From NCBI GenBank assembly GCA_044229845.1, contig JBGASG010000004.1:32001-96000 (forward strand): a stretch of 64,000 nt of DNA, given 5' to 3'. This stretch comes from Candidatus Obscuribacteraceae bacterium. GTDB taxonomy: Bacteria > Cyanobacteriota > Vampirovibrionia > Obscuribacterales > Obscuribacteraceae. Below are positions 1-8,644 of the stretch, in pieces (the first letter of the stretch is position 1; every line of letters starts with the position of its first letter). The translations under genes were made by a program, and so were the position numbers. The notes beneath the pieces were generated by a model, which made no database searches, was not told where the DNA came from, and saw only the letters and a list, made by a program, of their open reading frames with translations.

Positions 1-196
1 CGTGATGCAAGTGGACGATGACCGGATGGTTGGTCGGTCTGCCTTTGACCTTGTACAGCCGCTCCAGCGCGGTCAGACTGGAAGCGTCAGCGCCCAGCCC
101 ATATACCGTTTCCGTAGGAAACGCCACCAGCTGTCCTTGCCGCAAAGCTTCGACAGCTTTCTGCACTCTCTGCAAATCCAGATCAGTGTTTGACAT
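1..196 (-). CDS. sua5: Threonylcarbamoyl-AMP synthase Sua5/TsaC (YrdC family), 5' part; runs off the window edge
   Basis: Not in the ORF track. Manual translation from ATG at 196: MSNTDLDLQRVQKAVEALRQGQLVAFPTETVYGLGADA...LYKVKGRPTNHPVIVH, with the PTETVYGL and KGRPxxxP motifs of YrdC/Sua5. Confidence 0.93.
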   Translation of the reverse strand, partial: MSNTDLDLQRVQKAVEALRQGQLVAFPTETVYGLGADASSLTALERLYKVKGRPTNHPVIVHLHH

Positions 197-276
197 GCGA
201 ACGTGGCGGAGGTGAGAAAATACTGGGGCTATTGTGGCACGCAGGCTCTGCACCCGAGAAAAACGAAGCTGGCAAG

Positions 277-1184
277 TTGACCAAACTTAAATCGTACTTC
301 GTAGCGTTGAACGTAGTGCTGGGCGCGGTTTCGTGCGCGTCAGACGGCGCACGACGCGCATGGGCAGCCGAGAACGGCGGCATCTCCGCGACGGAGCGCG
401 CTAATTTCCAGGCTGCTGCGGAGTATTCACGGCATCACAACGGCGAAGCGACGCTGGTCCTGAGAGACGGTGATGTAGTTTTCGAGAGCTACTACAACGG
501 CTATGACGGAAAGTCGCCGCATGACTTAGCCAAATAACAATTCGTCAGTTGTTGACTTTGACGAGCGGACTTGAACCGGCGCTAATCTTGTTGGATGGGC
601 CGCGCGTCGGCAACAAATACAAAACAGCTCTGAACTTGCCGATGATTGCCGCACCGGGAGCCCAGTTCGACTACGGACCGGCCGGACTTTTCGTCTTCGG
701 AGAATTACTGAAGCGCAAGCTCAATCGCGATCCCGTGCAATTTCTGCGGGCGCGAATTTTCAAACCAGCGGGAATTGATGTCGGCTGGTGGCGCAACGAT
801 CGCGTCGGCAATCCGTCGATGCCGGCCGGGTGCGCAATGACCGCGCGCAACTGGGCGAAGTTTGGATGGCTGGTTGCCAACGACGGCAAAATCGGTGGCA
901 GAACGGTGGTCCCGCCGCAGTTTCTTCACAAGTGCTTGTCCGGCACCAAGGCGAATCCCGCTTATGGACTGGGTTTCTGGCTTACCGCACAAGATCCGTT
1001 CGGCACTTATGCCAACCAGCCCCAGATGTTCAAACCACCGGCCGACACGATTGCGGCCGCCGGTGCCGGAAATCAGAGGCTGTTCATAATTCCCTCGCGC
1101 AAGCTCGTGATCGTCCACTTCGGAAAAGAAGACGGCTTTCGCAGCGACGCCTTTCTCTCAGTTCTGCTAACCGGAAAGAAGTGA
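277..1184 (+). pseudogene. Serine hydrolase (beta-lactamase-related family), frameshifted by an apparent internal deletion near 528-533
   Basis: One frame gives a hydrophobic leader, LVLRDGDVVFESY and ...PHDLA then TAA (535-537). Another frame continues QITIRQLLTLTSGL...PGAQFDYG...MTARNWAKFGWL...YGLGFW...AAGAGNQRLFIIPSRKLVIV. The SxxK segment expected between them is absent. Start at TTG 277 is approximate. Confidence 0.75.
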
Positions 1185-1440
1185 CGATCGGCTTAGAAGC
1201 TGGCACCACTCGCGGTGCCACGCACGGTCGCGTCAGCATTAGTTGCCGATCACAATTACTGCGCGAGCCGCGCGCACGGCATCACATTTGATACCACTTC
1301 CTGCCCCAAAAACCGGCCGTCAACCCCTGTTGTCAGTTGCCGAAAAACACGACAGACGGATACGTTTCATCAACCCTTGTTAATCCGATCTGATTGACTT
1401 CACTTTCTGGTCCTTACTAGGGTGAAGGGTACACCTCATG

Positions 1441-1700
1441 TTTCTCAACCCAAAGAAAAACCAAACCACAGACACAAAAAAACCGTACTGACCACGCCAA
1501 TCTGGCTTCTGCGTTCAGAACTCTCGAGTAAATCGAGGAGCGGTTTTTGTTGGACGTTTCGGTGGGATCGTTTCCACGCTGCAAGGCTTCGCACTTAGCG
1601 ATGTTTGCGCAGCCTTTGTGGCGCGGTCAAGGGTTCTGAAGGTTTCAACAAGAACCGTTCGGCAATCAAGCCGGACACAGCTATCACAAGGAGCACGACT
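1441..1700 (+). promoter_or_regulatory. Long structured 5' leader of the M28 peptidase gene (candidate cis-regulatory RNA)
   Basis: A/C-rich tract, then stems 1489-1499/1619-1629, 1507-1511/1516-1520, 1523-1527/1533-1537, 1562-1567/1572-1577, 1583-1588/1611-1616, 1632-1637/1651-1656 and 1657-1663/1670-1676. AAGGAG precedes ATG 1701. Confidence 0.5.
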
Positions 1701-2831
1701 ATGTTCCAGGCATCACTTGGTGTGAGCGACGCTTTCGCGTTCGTTCTCATCGTCCTTGCCGCGATTGCTTTTGTCGCGGCATTTCGTTTCCTCCGCCGGA
1801 CCACGCCCATCAGCAAGGTCCACCAGCGGCCCCACCTGCACCTCCACCCCGCCAAGAACTGCAAGTTCGACGAGGAGGAAGTGCGGCGCACCCGTCACCT
1901 GGCTACCCCGCCCATCGACACGAGCAACCTGCCCCCGGCAGATGCCCGCATCGTTGCGGCGATGGCCCAGATCACGAAGGCTGACGTCGAGCAAATGCTC
2001 CGAGAGTTCTCGGGCGAGGTCGACACGGTCGTTCGCGGTCAGACGGTGCGCATCCGTTCCCGCAACACCTTCGGCGGCGACATCATTCACGCACACAACA
2101 AGATCTTCGACTGGTACAAGGCGCTCGGCTTCGAGGTGGAGCTGCAGTCGTACAAGTACCGGGGCAAGACCCTGTACAACGTGATCGCCAAGAAGAAGGG
2201 TTCCAAGACCCCCGACAAGTGGCTCTTGCTCGGCGCCCACACCGACTCCACCGCCGGCGACACCGGTCGTGCAGAGCCGGTCGCTCCGGGCGCTGACGAC
2301 GATGGCTCCGGCACCGTCGGGCTGCTGCTCATGGCGAAGCGCATCGCCGAGCTGGATCTGGGCGTCTCCGTGATGTTCTGCCACTTCTCCGGTGAGGAGC
2401 AGGGGCTCTGGGGCAGCGCGGTGCACGCCGACAAGGTCGCGGCTGAGAAGCTGCAGATCGTCGGTCAGTTGCAGTTCGACATGATCGGCTACTGCAACAA
2501 GCCCGGCAACCGTCTCGACATCCACGACGACGTGGATCGCAACGGTAGCCACTCTCTCGTGGTTGCAGCTGTTCGTGCCGCCAAGCGGTACGCGCTCAAC
2601 CTCAAGGTCGTGGACACCCACAACCGTGCGGTGACGGGTCGCAGCGACCACGCCAGCTACCAGAATCACGGGTACAAGGCTGTGCTCTTCTCCGAGGAGT
2701 TCTCGGACGACGGGTTCAACCCCAACTACCACTCGACCGGTGACCGCGTTGCCTCGTGCAACCTGGACTTCATGGTCGAGGTGATCAAGCTCGGCATCGC
2801 CTGCATCGCCGACCTCGGCGACCTGCGGTAA
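1701..2831 (+). CDS. M28 family metallopeptidase (aminopeptidase-like) with N-terminal membrane anchor
   Basis: Motifs GAHTDS, PGADDDGSG, GEEQGL, DMIG, RSDH, PNYHSTGD. AAGGAG RBS before ATG 1701. Hydrophobic FAFVLIVLAAIAFVAAF segment. Confidence 0.9.
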   Translation: MFQASLGVSDAFAFVLIVLAAIAFVAAFRFLRRTTPISKVHQRPHLHLHPAKNCKFDEEEVRRTRHLATPPIDTSNLPPADARIVAAMAQITKADVEQMLREFSGEVDTVVRGQTVRIRSRNTFGGDIIHAHNKIFDWYKALGFEVELQSYKYRGKTLYNVIAKKKGSKTPDKWLLLGAHTDSTAGDTGRAEPVAPGADDDGSGTVGLLLMAKRIAELDLGVSVMFCHFSGEEQGLWGSAVHADKVAAEKLQIVGQLQFDMIGYCNKPGNRLDIHDDVDRNGSHSLVVAAVRAAKRYALNLKVVDTHNRAVTGRSDHASYQNHGYKAVLFSEEFSDDGFNPNYHSTGDRVASCNLDFMVEVIKLGIACIADLGDLR

Positions 2832-2921
2832 TCCGAAGACGCAGAACCTTATCGGGCAGCAGCAGCTGTCTGCTCAGGATCTGGAAGTGCTGCCTTCTGG
2901 GCAGTCCTTCGGTAACGCATT

Positions 2922-2985
2922 GGAATTTGCAGCCAGACAACGGAGGTGGCACAACGCCGCTCCCACTCTGGCTGCATTTTCCTTT
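2922..2985 (+). terminator. Long hairpin followed by U-rich tract after the M28 gene
   Basis: TGCAGCCAGA (2928-2937) pairs with TCTGGCTGCA (2967-2976), with an inner GGAG-GTGGC/GCCGC-TCC stem, followed by TTTTCCTTT. Confidence 0.6.
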
Positions 2986-3058
2986 GTCTATGTCTACTAT
3001 TTCTTTTAGTATTTACGAGTCGGCGAAATCAGCTAACGGTTTACGTGGCATGTATGAG

Positions 3059-3167
3059 TTGCTGGATCCGCACATTTTGCAGCCTCGCGTGCGCAGTTTG
3101 GGCACTAGAGGCTTCGTTTTAATGTCTAAGTGAGCACGGAAAGGCTCAAAATGTGCGGATCCAGCAA
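3059..3167. repeat. 109-bp element bounded by perfect 21-bp inverted repeats (MITE-like)
   Basis: TTGCTGGATCCGCACATTTTG (3059-3079) and its exact reverse complement CAAAATGTGCGGATCCAGCAA (3147-3167), extendable by AGCCT/AGGCT with one bulge. Confidence 0.75.
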
Positions 3168-3287
3168 TTTGGTTGATGGAAAGCGTTCGAGCGGCGACGT
3201 GCGCAATGGGTATGATGCGGCTAGAAAGTGCTCCCAACGGATTTCCCCGTGCCTTCGTCCGCCGATAAACCTCCTCGCAGCACACGC

Positions 3288-5990
3288 ATGGTCTGCCCGA
3301 AATGCGGCAAGACCTACGAAGACGCGCATCAACATCCAGGGGGCGTTTGTCCCCTCGATCAGGCGCTGCTGCAGTCACTGGAAGCCGACCCGCTAGCCGG
3401 GCAACTGATTGCCGAGAAATACCAGCTGATTCATCCCATGGAAGCCGGCGGCTGGAGCGTGGTTTATCGGGCCCGCCATGTGCACCTGCAGAGAGACGTG
3501 GCAGTGAAGGTGCTGCACTGGCACCTCAGTCTCAACGAAGACAAAGTCAAACGCTTTCATCAAGAGGCTGAAGCCGCCAGCAAACTCAATCACCCCAACA
3601 TCGTCTCAATTTTCGACTACGGCACTCTCGAAACCGGGCAGCCTTACTTCGTGATGGAACTGGTGCAGGGCGAGAGCCTCAAGGACATTCTCGAACGCGA
3701 CGGACCGCTGGATGCCACCCGCGCCGCGCAGCTGTTTCGTCAAGCCGCACTGGCTCTGGCTGCCGCGCACAAGCACGGCGTCCTGCACCGCGACCTCAAA
3801 CCAAGCAACATGATGGTCACCCGGCAAGACGCAGAGCTGACGCCCTCCGCCGAGAATCTCAAACTGCTTGATTTTGGCATAGCGAAAATCATGACCGACG
3901 TCGCAGACGATGAGAAACTGACGCTCACCGGAGAAACCGTCGGCACACCGCGCTACATGAGCCCGGAACAATGTCTCGGCAAGCCGCTCGACGCGCGCTC
4001 CGACATCTATTCATTGGGTTGCGTCATGTTCGAGATGCTCTCCGGGCAGGCTTGCGTGGAGGGCGCTACAGCTTACGACTACATGCATGGACACGTGGGG
4101 ACGGAACCCCGCAGCTTTAAAGACGTGCGCGCCGACCTGGATATTCCCAAACCCCTTCAGGACGTCATCTACACCATGCTCGCCAAGCATCCGGACGACC
4201 GGCAGCCAAGCATGGAGGCAATGGCCGGCGAACTTGAGCAGGTCGTGCGCGGCGAATCAACGTTCCACTTCCGACGGCTGCGCTTCCGGCGGGAGTTGAA
4301 GACCAAAGCCAAGCAGATGGTGCTCTTTGTGCTGGTACCGGTGGTGGTCAGCGCGCTGACAGCCATCGCGCTCCGCTCTTACTTGAACCCACCAGCTGCC
4401 GCTCCCGATGAGGGCTTGCGCACAGTTAGCATCGACCCCACGAAAGACGACGGAAACAGCGTGAACACCCGGGCGGAGATGGTGACTTCAGTGAATGCGC
4501 CCGAGTTTCCGTCGGGCGATGCCTGGCTCAATGTCAAAGAGCCACTCCGCATGCAGGACCTGAAAGGCAAGGTGGTCTTGCTCGATTTCTGGACTTATTG
4601 CTGCGTCAACTGCCTGAACGCCATGCCACAGGTGAAGCGGCTCAAGCAAAAATTCGGCGACCGGCTGGTTGTAGTTGGAGTGCACTCGGCCAAGTTCGAG
4701 AACGAGAAAGAAACCAACAACATTCGCCAGGCGATAGTGCGCTGGAACATTGATTTTCCCGTGGTCAACGATGCCGACTTCAAAATCTGGAAGTCCTACG
4801 GCGTCACCGCCTGGCCGACGCTGATCGTGATTGGACCGGACGGCAAAATCGTGCACCAGAACCCCGGCGAAGGCAATTTCAACGTGCTTTCGCACATCAT
4901 CGAAGACGCCATCCAATCAGCCCCGGAAGCGGGGGATGCACCAGCAGCCAGGCTGCCGGTACCGACTCTCGAACGAGACAAACAGCCGGCTTCGCCATTG
5001 CTTTATCCAGCGAAGATCTGCGCTGATCCTGCCGGTGACCGCATATTCATCGCCGATTCCGGACACAATCGCATTGTGATTGCCCGCCCCGACGGCACAG
5101 TGCTGGAGACAGTCGGCACCGGTACCCCCGGCAAGCAGGATGGACGCTTCGAACAGGCGACTTTCAACGAACCGCAGGGACTTTGCTACAACAACGGTGT
5201 TATCTACGTTGCCGATACCCTCAGCCATGCCATTCGCACAATCGACCTTTCAACGCGCAGTGTTGCCACCATCGCCGGCACCGGCAGCCGAGCCGCCATC
5301 CTCCACAAACGAGGCGGGCAAGCTCTGAAAACACCAATCAACTTCCCGCGAGATCTGGTCATCATCGGCGACAAGCTCTACATCAGCATGGCCGGCTTCC
5401 ACCAGCTGTGGACCCTGGACCTGAAAACGCATGAGGTGGGAACATTCGCCGGCAACGGCAAGCAGAGCCTGATTGATGGTCCACCGCTGCGGGCGGAGCT
5501 GGCCCAACCGTGCGGTATCGCCACTGATGGCAAACGGCTTTACTTCGCCGACAGCGAAACGAGCGCCATACGCAGCGCCGATCCGGTTTCAGGCAATGTC
5601 ACGACCCTGGTCGGGCACGGACTCTACGACTCTGGAGATCGCGACGGTCAATTCCCCGCCAGTCGCCTGCAGCACCCGATCGGCATCGCTCCCTACAACG
5701 GGCTTCTCTACATCACCGATGCTTTCAATCACAAAATCAAAGTGCTGGATCCGCAGAAAGCGACCGCCACGACGCTTGTCGGCAGCGGCAAGGCCGGCAG
5801 AGCCGATGGTGACTTTGCCGAGTTCTTCGAACCGGGGGGACTGGTTGTTCTGCCGGACCAGGTGTTGATCGCCGACACAAACAATCACGTGATTCGCAGC
5901 GTGTCCTTGAGCACCGGCAATGTTTCTACCTTGCCACTGCAGGGATTGAAGCCGCCACAGAGCGCACCAACCAAGCCCTCACACAGCTGA
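3288..5990 (+). CDS. Ser/Thr protein kinase - TM - thioredoxin-like (CCxNC) - NHL-repeat beta-propeller fusion
   Basis: CPKC..CPLD N-terminus. Kinase motifs VAVK, HRDLKPSN, DFG, GTPRYMSPE. TM MVLFVLVPVVVSALTAIAL. LLDFWTYCCVNC. NHL repeats IFIADSGHNRI, IYVADTLSHAI, LYFADSETSAIR, IADTNNHVIR. Start could lie up to 60 nt upstream. Confidence 0.9.
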   Translation: MVCPKCGKTYEDAHQHPGGVCPLDQALLQSLEADPLAGQLIAEKYQLIHPMEAGGWSVVYRARHVHLQRDVAVKVLHWHLSLNEDKVKRFHQEAEAASKLNHPNIVSIFDYGTLETGQPYFVMELVQGESLKDILERDGPLDATRAAQLFRQAALALAAAHKHGVLHRDLKPSNMMVTRQDAELTPSAENLKLLDFGIAKIMTDVADDEKLTLTGETVGTPRYMSPEQCLGKPLDARSDIYSLGCVMFEMLSGQACVEGATAYDYMHGHVGTEPRSFKDVRADLDIPKPLQDVIYTMLAKHPDDRQPSMEAMAGELEQVVRGESTFHFRRLRFRRELKTKAKQMVLFVLVPVVVSALTAIALRSYLNPPAAAPDEGLRTVSIDPTKDDGNSVNTRAEMVTSVNAPEFPSGDAWLNVKEPLRMQDLKGKVVLLDFWTYCCVNCLNAMPQVKRLKQKFGDRLVVVGVHSAKFENEKETNNIRQAIVRWNIDFPVVNDADFKIWKSYGVTAWPTLIVIGPDGKIVHQNPGEGNFNVLSHIIEDAIQSAPEAGDAPAARLPVPTLERDKQPASPLLYPAKICADPAGDRIFIADSGHNRIVIARPDGTVLETVGTGTPGKQDGRFEQATFNEPQGLCYNNGVIYVADTLSHAIRTIDLSTRSVATIAGTGSRAAILHKRGGQALKTPINFPRDLVIIGDKLYISMAGFHQLWTLDLKTHEVGTFAGNGKQSLIDGPPLRAELAQPCGIATDGKRLYFADSETSAIRSADPVSGNVTTLVGHGLYDSGDRDGQFPASRLQHPIGIAPYNGLLYITDAFNHKIKVLDPQKATATTLVGSGKAGRADGDFAEFFEPGGLVVLPDQVLIADTNNHVIRSVSLSTGNVSTLPLQGLKPPQSAPTKPSHS

Positions 5991-6063
5991 TCGCAACAGC
6001 GCCGAGTCCAAATGCATACGACAAGAAATTTCGCTTGACAAGCCGTCATTCCTGGTGCAGGAT

Positions 6064-6311
6064 TGTACGGCACGAACCCCGCCTTGCCATAAGAACAGCT
6101 GTGTATGCGATGCATACGGGCTGAAGCAGGCCGTGCTACCAGGAAGAAGAACTTCAGCATGTCAGTTGTTGGCGCACAGCCGGCTGAGTTTCGCCGCACC
6201 CACTAACGTGAACACACTTACCACACAGCTGCGAAACGGCGTCGCATTGCCGTTTCCGCTACATGCCTCTGCCTGCGAAACAATCGCGGTCGGCAGAGAA
6301 GGAGCAACGAA
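6064..6311 (+). promoter_or_regulatory. Long structured 5' leader of the calpain-like gene, downstream of a TTGACA-17-CAGGAT promoter-like site (6035-6063)
   Basis: Stems 6096-6104/6223-6231, 6103-6108/6112-6117, 6120-6126/6152-6158, 6233-6240/6249-6256 and 6267-6273/6292-6298, the last abutting AAGGAG (6299-6304). Confidence 0.45.
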
Positions 6312-7892
6312 ATGGCACCACTTCCCGATGCCGGTGATAGCAAGAGTCCGAGCGCCCAGGGCGACACCACTGCACCCACTACGGTACTGTACGACGATGT
6401 GAACACGACGCGCCAGCAGCAACGCACAGGCACGGGCAGTGGCTCCGGTGCCGGGACTGACGGCAAAGACAAGGACGACAAAGATAAGGACAACGAAGGC
6501 GGCATCCTGCACATCGACTGGAAAAAAATCTTCGGCGATATGGACGAAGACCCTCAGCCCAACACCGAAAAGCCAAACCCAGACGCAGTCGATGCTTTCA
6601 ACAAGTTAAAGGAAGAAGTTCGAAAGCGCATCGCCGAGGGCATCAAGGGCGAATTCGAGAAAAAACCACAGTCCAAAGAAGATCCCTGGGGCGGCAAGTC
6701 GCCCGCAGAATCGATAACCGCCTCGGCGATCAATCAAGGCGGCAACCCTGATTGTTTCTTCGAATCGGCTCTGGCGTCACTCGCCAACACCAACAAAGGC
6801 AAGGAAATGATCGAGAAGATGATCACTGCCAACGACGACGGCAGCTTCACCGTCAAATTCCCAGGCGCCGACAACGCGGTCACCGTTACCAAACAAGACA
6901 TCGCCGACAGCGGCACCACCAACAACGAGCCATGGTCGAGAGCCATGGAAGCCGCATTCCTCAAGTACAACGCGCAGGATTGGCATGGCAACCCGATCAC
7001 AGACGGCGTGGGCGCCTTCCTCGACGTGCGCACCATGAACGACGCCGTCCGTCTGCTCACCGGCAATCAGGTAGCCACTACGCAGTTCGCCTTCACCGAC
7101 CTCGGCTCCGGCAAGCTGTCACTCGGCTCTATATCCGAAGACAACGTCGAGAATCAGCTGAAATGGGCGATGGAACACGACGCCGTCGTCACGGCCGGCG
7201 CCAGCCCCAGTTTCGCAAAATGGGTCGGAGGTAATGACCCGGGCGTGATTCCCGACCAGCATGCCTACAGTGTCCTGGCTTACGATGAGAAGACCAAAAC
7301 AGTGACAGTGCGCAATCCCTGGGGAAGCAACCCCAAACCATTAGACAAGGAAGGCGCCACTGCCAACGGTATCACCAACGCCGGCGACGGCAAACTTACC
7401 ATGTCCCTCGATACCTTCTATCACACGTTCAGCGACATGTCCGTCGAAGGTCGAAGCGACCTGTATAACACCGTTGAGAACACGATCACCGACGCCATTA
7501 ATGTGCCGAAAAACATCACCGAAGCCGGTTGGGACCTGCTGCACGGCGACCTAAAAGGCACCGGCGCTCACCTGGTACACGCTTTCGATTCGTTCATGCA
7601 CGGTCAGCAAAACGGGCTTAATGGCGCCAGTCACCTCTTCTTCGACTACCTCGGCTACGCCGCCAAGCACCCGCTGCTCAACTTCATTCCTGGCGCAACT
7701 CCGATTGCGTTTACCGTCGACCAGGCTAAGCAAGCCCTGCCACTCGTCGTTGACAAAGTCGAGGATCTGGGCGAATCCGTAGTCGAAGTCGGCAAAGATG
7801 TAGTCGATGTCGGCAAAGACGTGGTGAGCACCGGCACGAGCATAGTTACGGCCCCGATCAAGGGACTGGGCAAGGTGTTCGGCATCGGCTAA
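6312..7892 (+). CDS. Calpain-like (peptidase C2) cysteine protease with acidic low-complexity N-terminus
   Basis: Catalytic-triad motifs NQGGNPDCFFESALASL, HAYSV and VRNPWG, plus EAAFLK. Strong RBS. No signal peptide. Confidence 0.8.
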   Translation: MAPLPDAGDSKSPSAQGDTTAPTTVLYDDVNTTRQQQRTGTGSGSGAGTDGKDKDDKDKDNEGGILHIDWKKIFGDMDEDPQPNTEKPNPDAVDAFNKLKEEVRKRIAEGIKGEFEKKPQSKEDPWGGKSPAESITASAINQGGNPDCFFESALASLANTNKGKEMIEKMITANDDGSFTVKFPGADNAVTVTKQDIADSGTTNNEPWSRAMEAAFLKYNAQDWHGNPITDGVGAFLDVRTMNDAVRLLTGNQVATTQFAFTDLGSGKLSLGSISEDNVENQLKWAMEHDAVVTAGASPSFAKWVGGNDPGVIPDQHAYSVLAYDEKTKTVTVRNPWGSNPKPLDKEGATANGITNAGDGKLTMSLDTFYHTFSDMSVEGRSDLYNTVENTITDAINVPKNITEAGWDLLHGDLKGTGAHLVHAFDSFMHGQQNGLNGASHLFFDYLGYAAKHPLLNFIPGATPIAFTVDQAKQALPLVVDKVEDLGESVVEVGKDVVDVGKDVVSTGTSIVTAPIKGLGKVFGIG

Positions 7893-7913
7893 ATCCCGGC
7901 CGCATCAGACTTA

Positions 7914-8642
7914 CTATGTCGCCGGCTTCTTCAGCAGGTCACGGCTCTTATTTACGAAGTCCATCAACTCAGGCACACGCTGCTTAACCGCTTCTGGTGA
8001 GAGCTTTCCATCACCATACAGGCGCTGCACGGCTAGATCGTTTGCTTGCTCAGGCGACACCAAGGCTTCCTCCCGGCTCAACACCGTGCTGGACGAAAAG
8101 AGGCTGACCACTGGGATGTTCTGCCAGTCACGGTCGCCCGCCAGAGCCGGAAACATTTTGTCTATGTAATCAGCATACCGATGCTCGTCCAGGTTGCGCG
8201 CCATCCCGTGCAGGGTGCGACTGACGATGTTCTGATGAACGCCGAACAAGTCCTTCGTCATCATCCCCCAGGAGTTGAGCATGAAGTCGCGCGCCTCCTT
8301 ACCCATCAACTCGCCCTCTTTCTTGAACTCATAGATGTCGGCCGCGGTGTCGAAGTCAATTTCGCTGATAGTCTCCGGATCACCAGTGGCGCTGGCAATA
8401 GAATTGAAATGCTGGCTGACGGCCTGGACAAACTCAGGTCGCAGGCTCGTTTGATTGGGATTGCGGCTGAGAGCGTTGACTTCCGAACGTTCCACGCTGC
8501 CGTTGCCGTCCAGATCCATGCGCACAAACGCTTCTTTGTAGGAGGATTTCATCGTCCAGGTGTCTGAAACGACCGTATCCAGAGCGCGCTCCAGAGGCGA
8601 GGCCGCCTGGCGAAAAGTAATCCCGTCTTGTTCCGTTCCCAT
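7914..8642 (-). CDS. Hypothetical protein with an EF-hand motif
   Basis: AFVRMDLDGNGSVERSEV matches the canonical DxDxNGxxxxxE loop. Starts 2 nt after the upstream gene's stop. Confidence 0.7.
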   Translation of the reverse strand: MGTEQDGITFRQAASPLERALDTVVSDTWTMKSSYKEAFVRMDLDGNGSVERSEVNALSRNPNQTSLRPEFVQAVSQHFNSIASATGDPETISEIDFDTAADIYEFKKEGELMGKEARDFMLNSWGMMTKDLFGVHQNIVSRTLHGMARNLDEHRYADYIDKMFPALAGDRDWQNIPVVSLFSSSTVLSREEALVSPEQANDLAVQRLYGDGKLSPEAVKQRVPELMDFVNKSRDLLKKPAT

Positions 8643-8644
8643 CT

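Noticed and set aside
1713..2732. 339-aa antisense ORF opposite the M28 gene
   Set aside because: Shadow of the sense gene's extreme codon bias. No RBS or motifs.
1450..3009. Possible terminal inverted repeat between the A-rich 5' tract (1450-1482) and U-rich 3' tract (2977-3009) of the M28 unit
   Set aside because: Only about 20 of 33 positions match and both tracts are low-complexity, so chance cannot be excluded.
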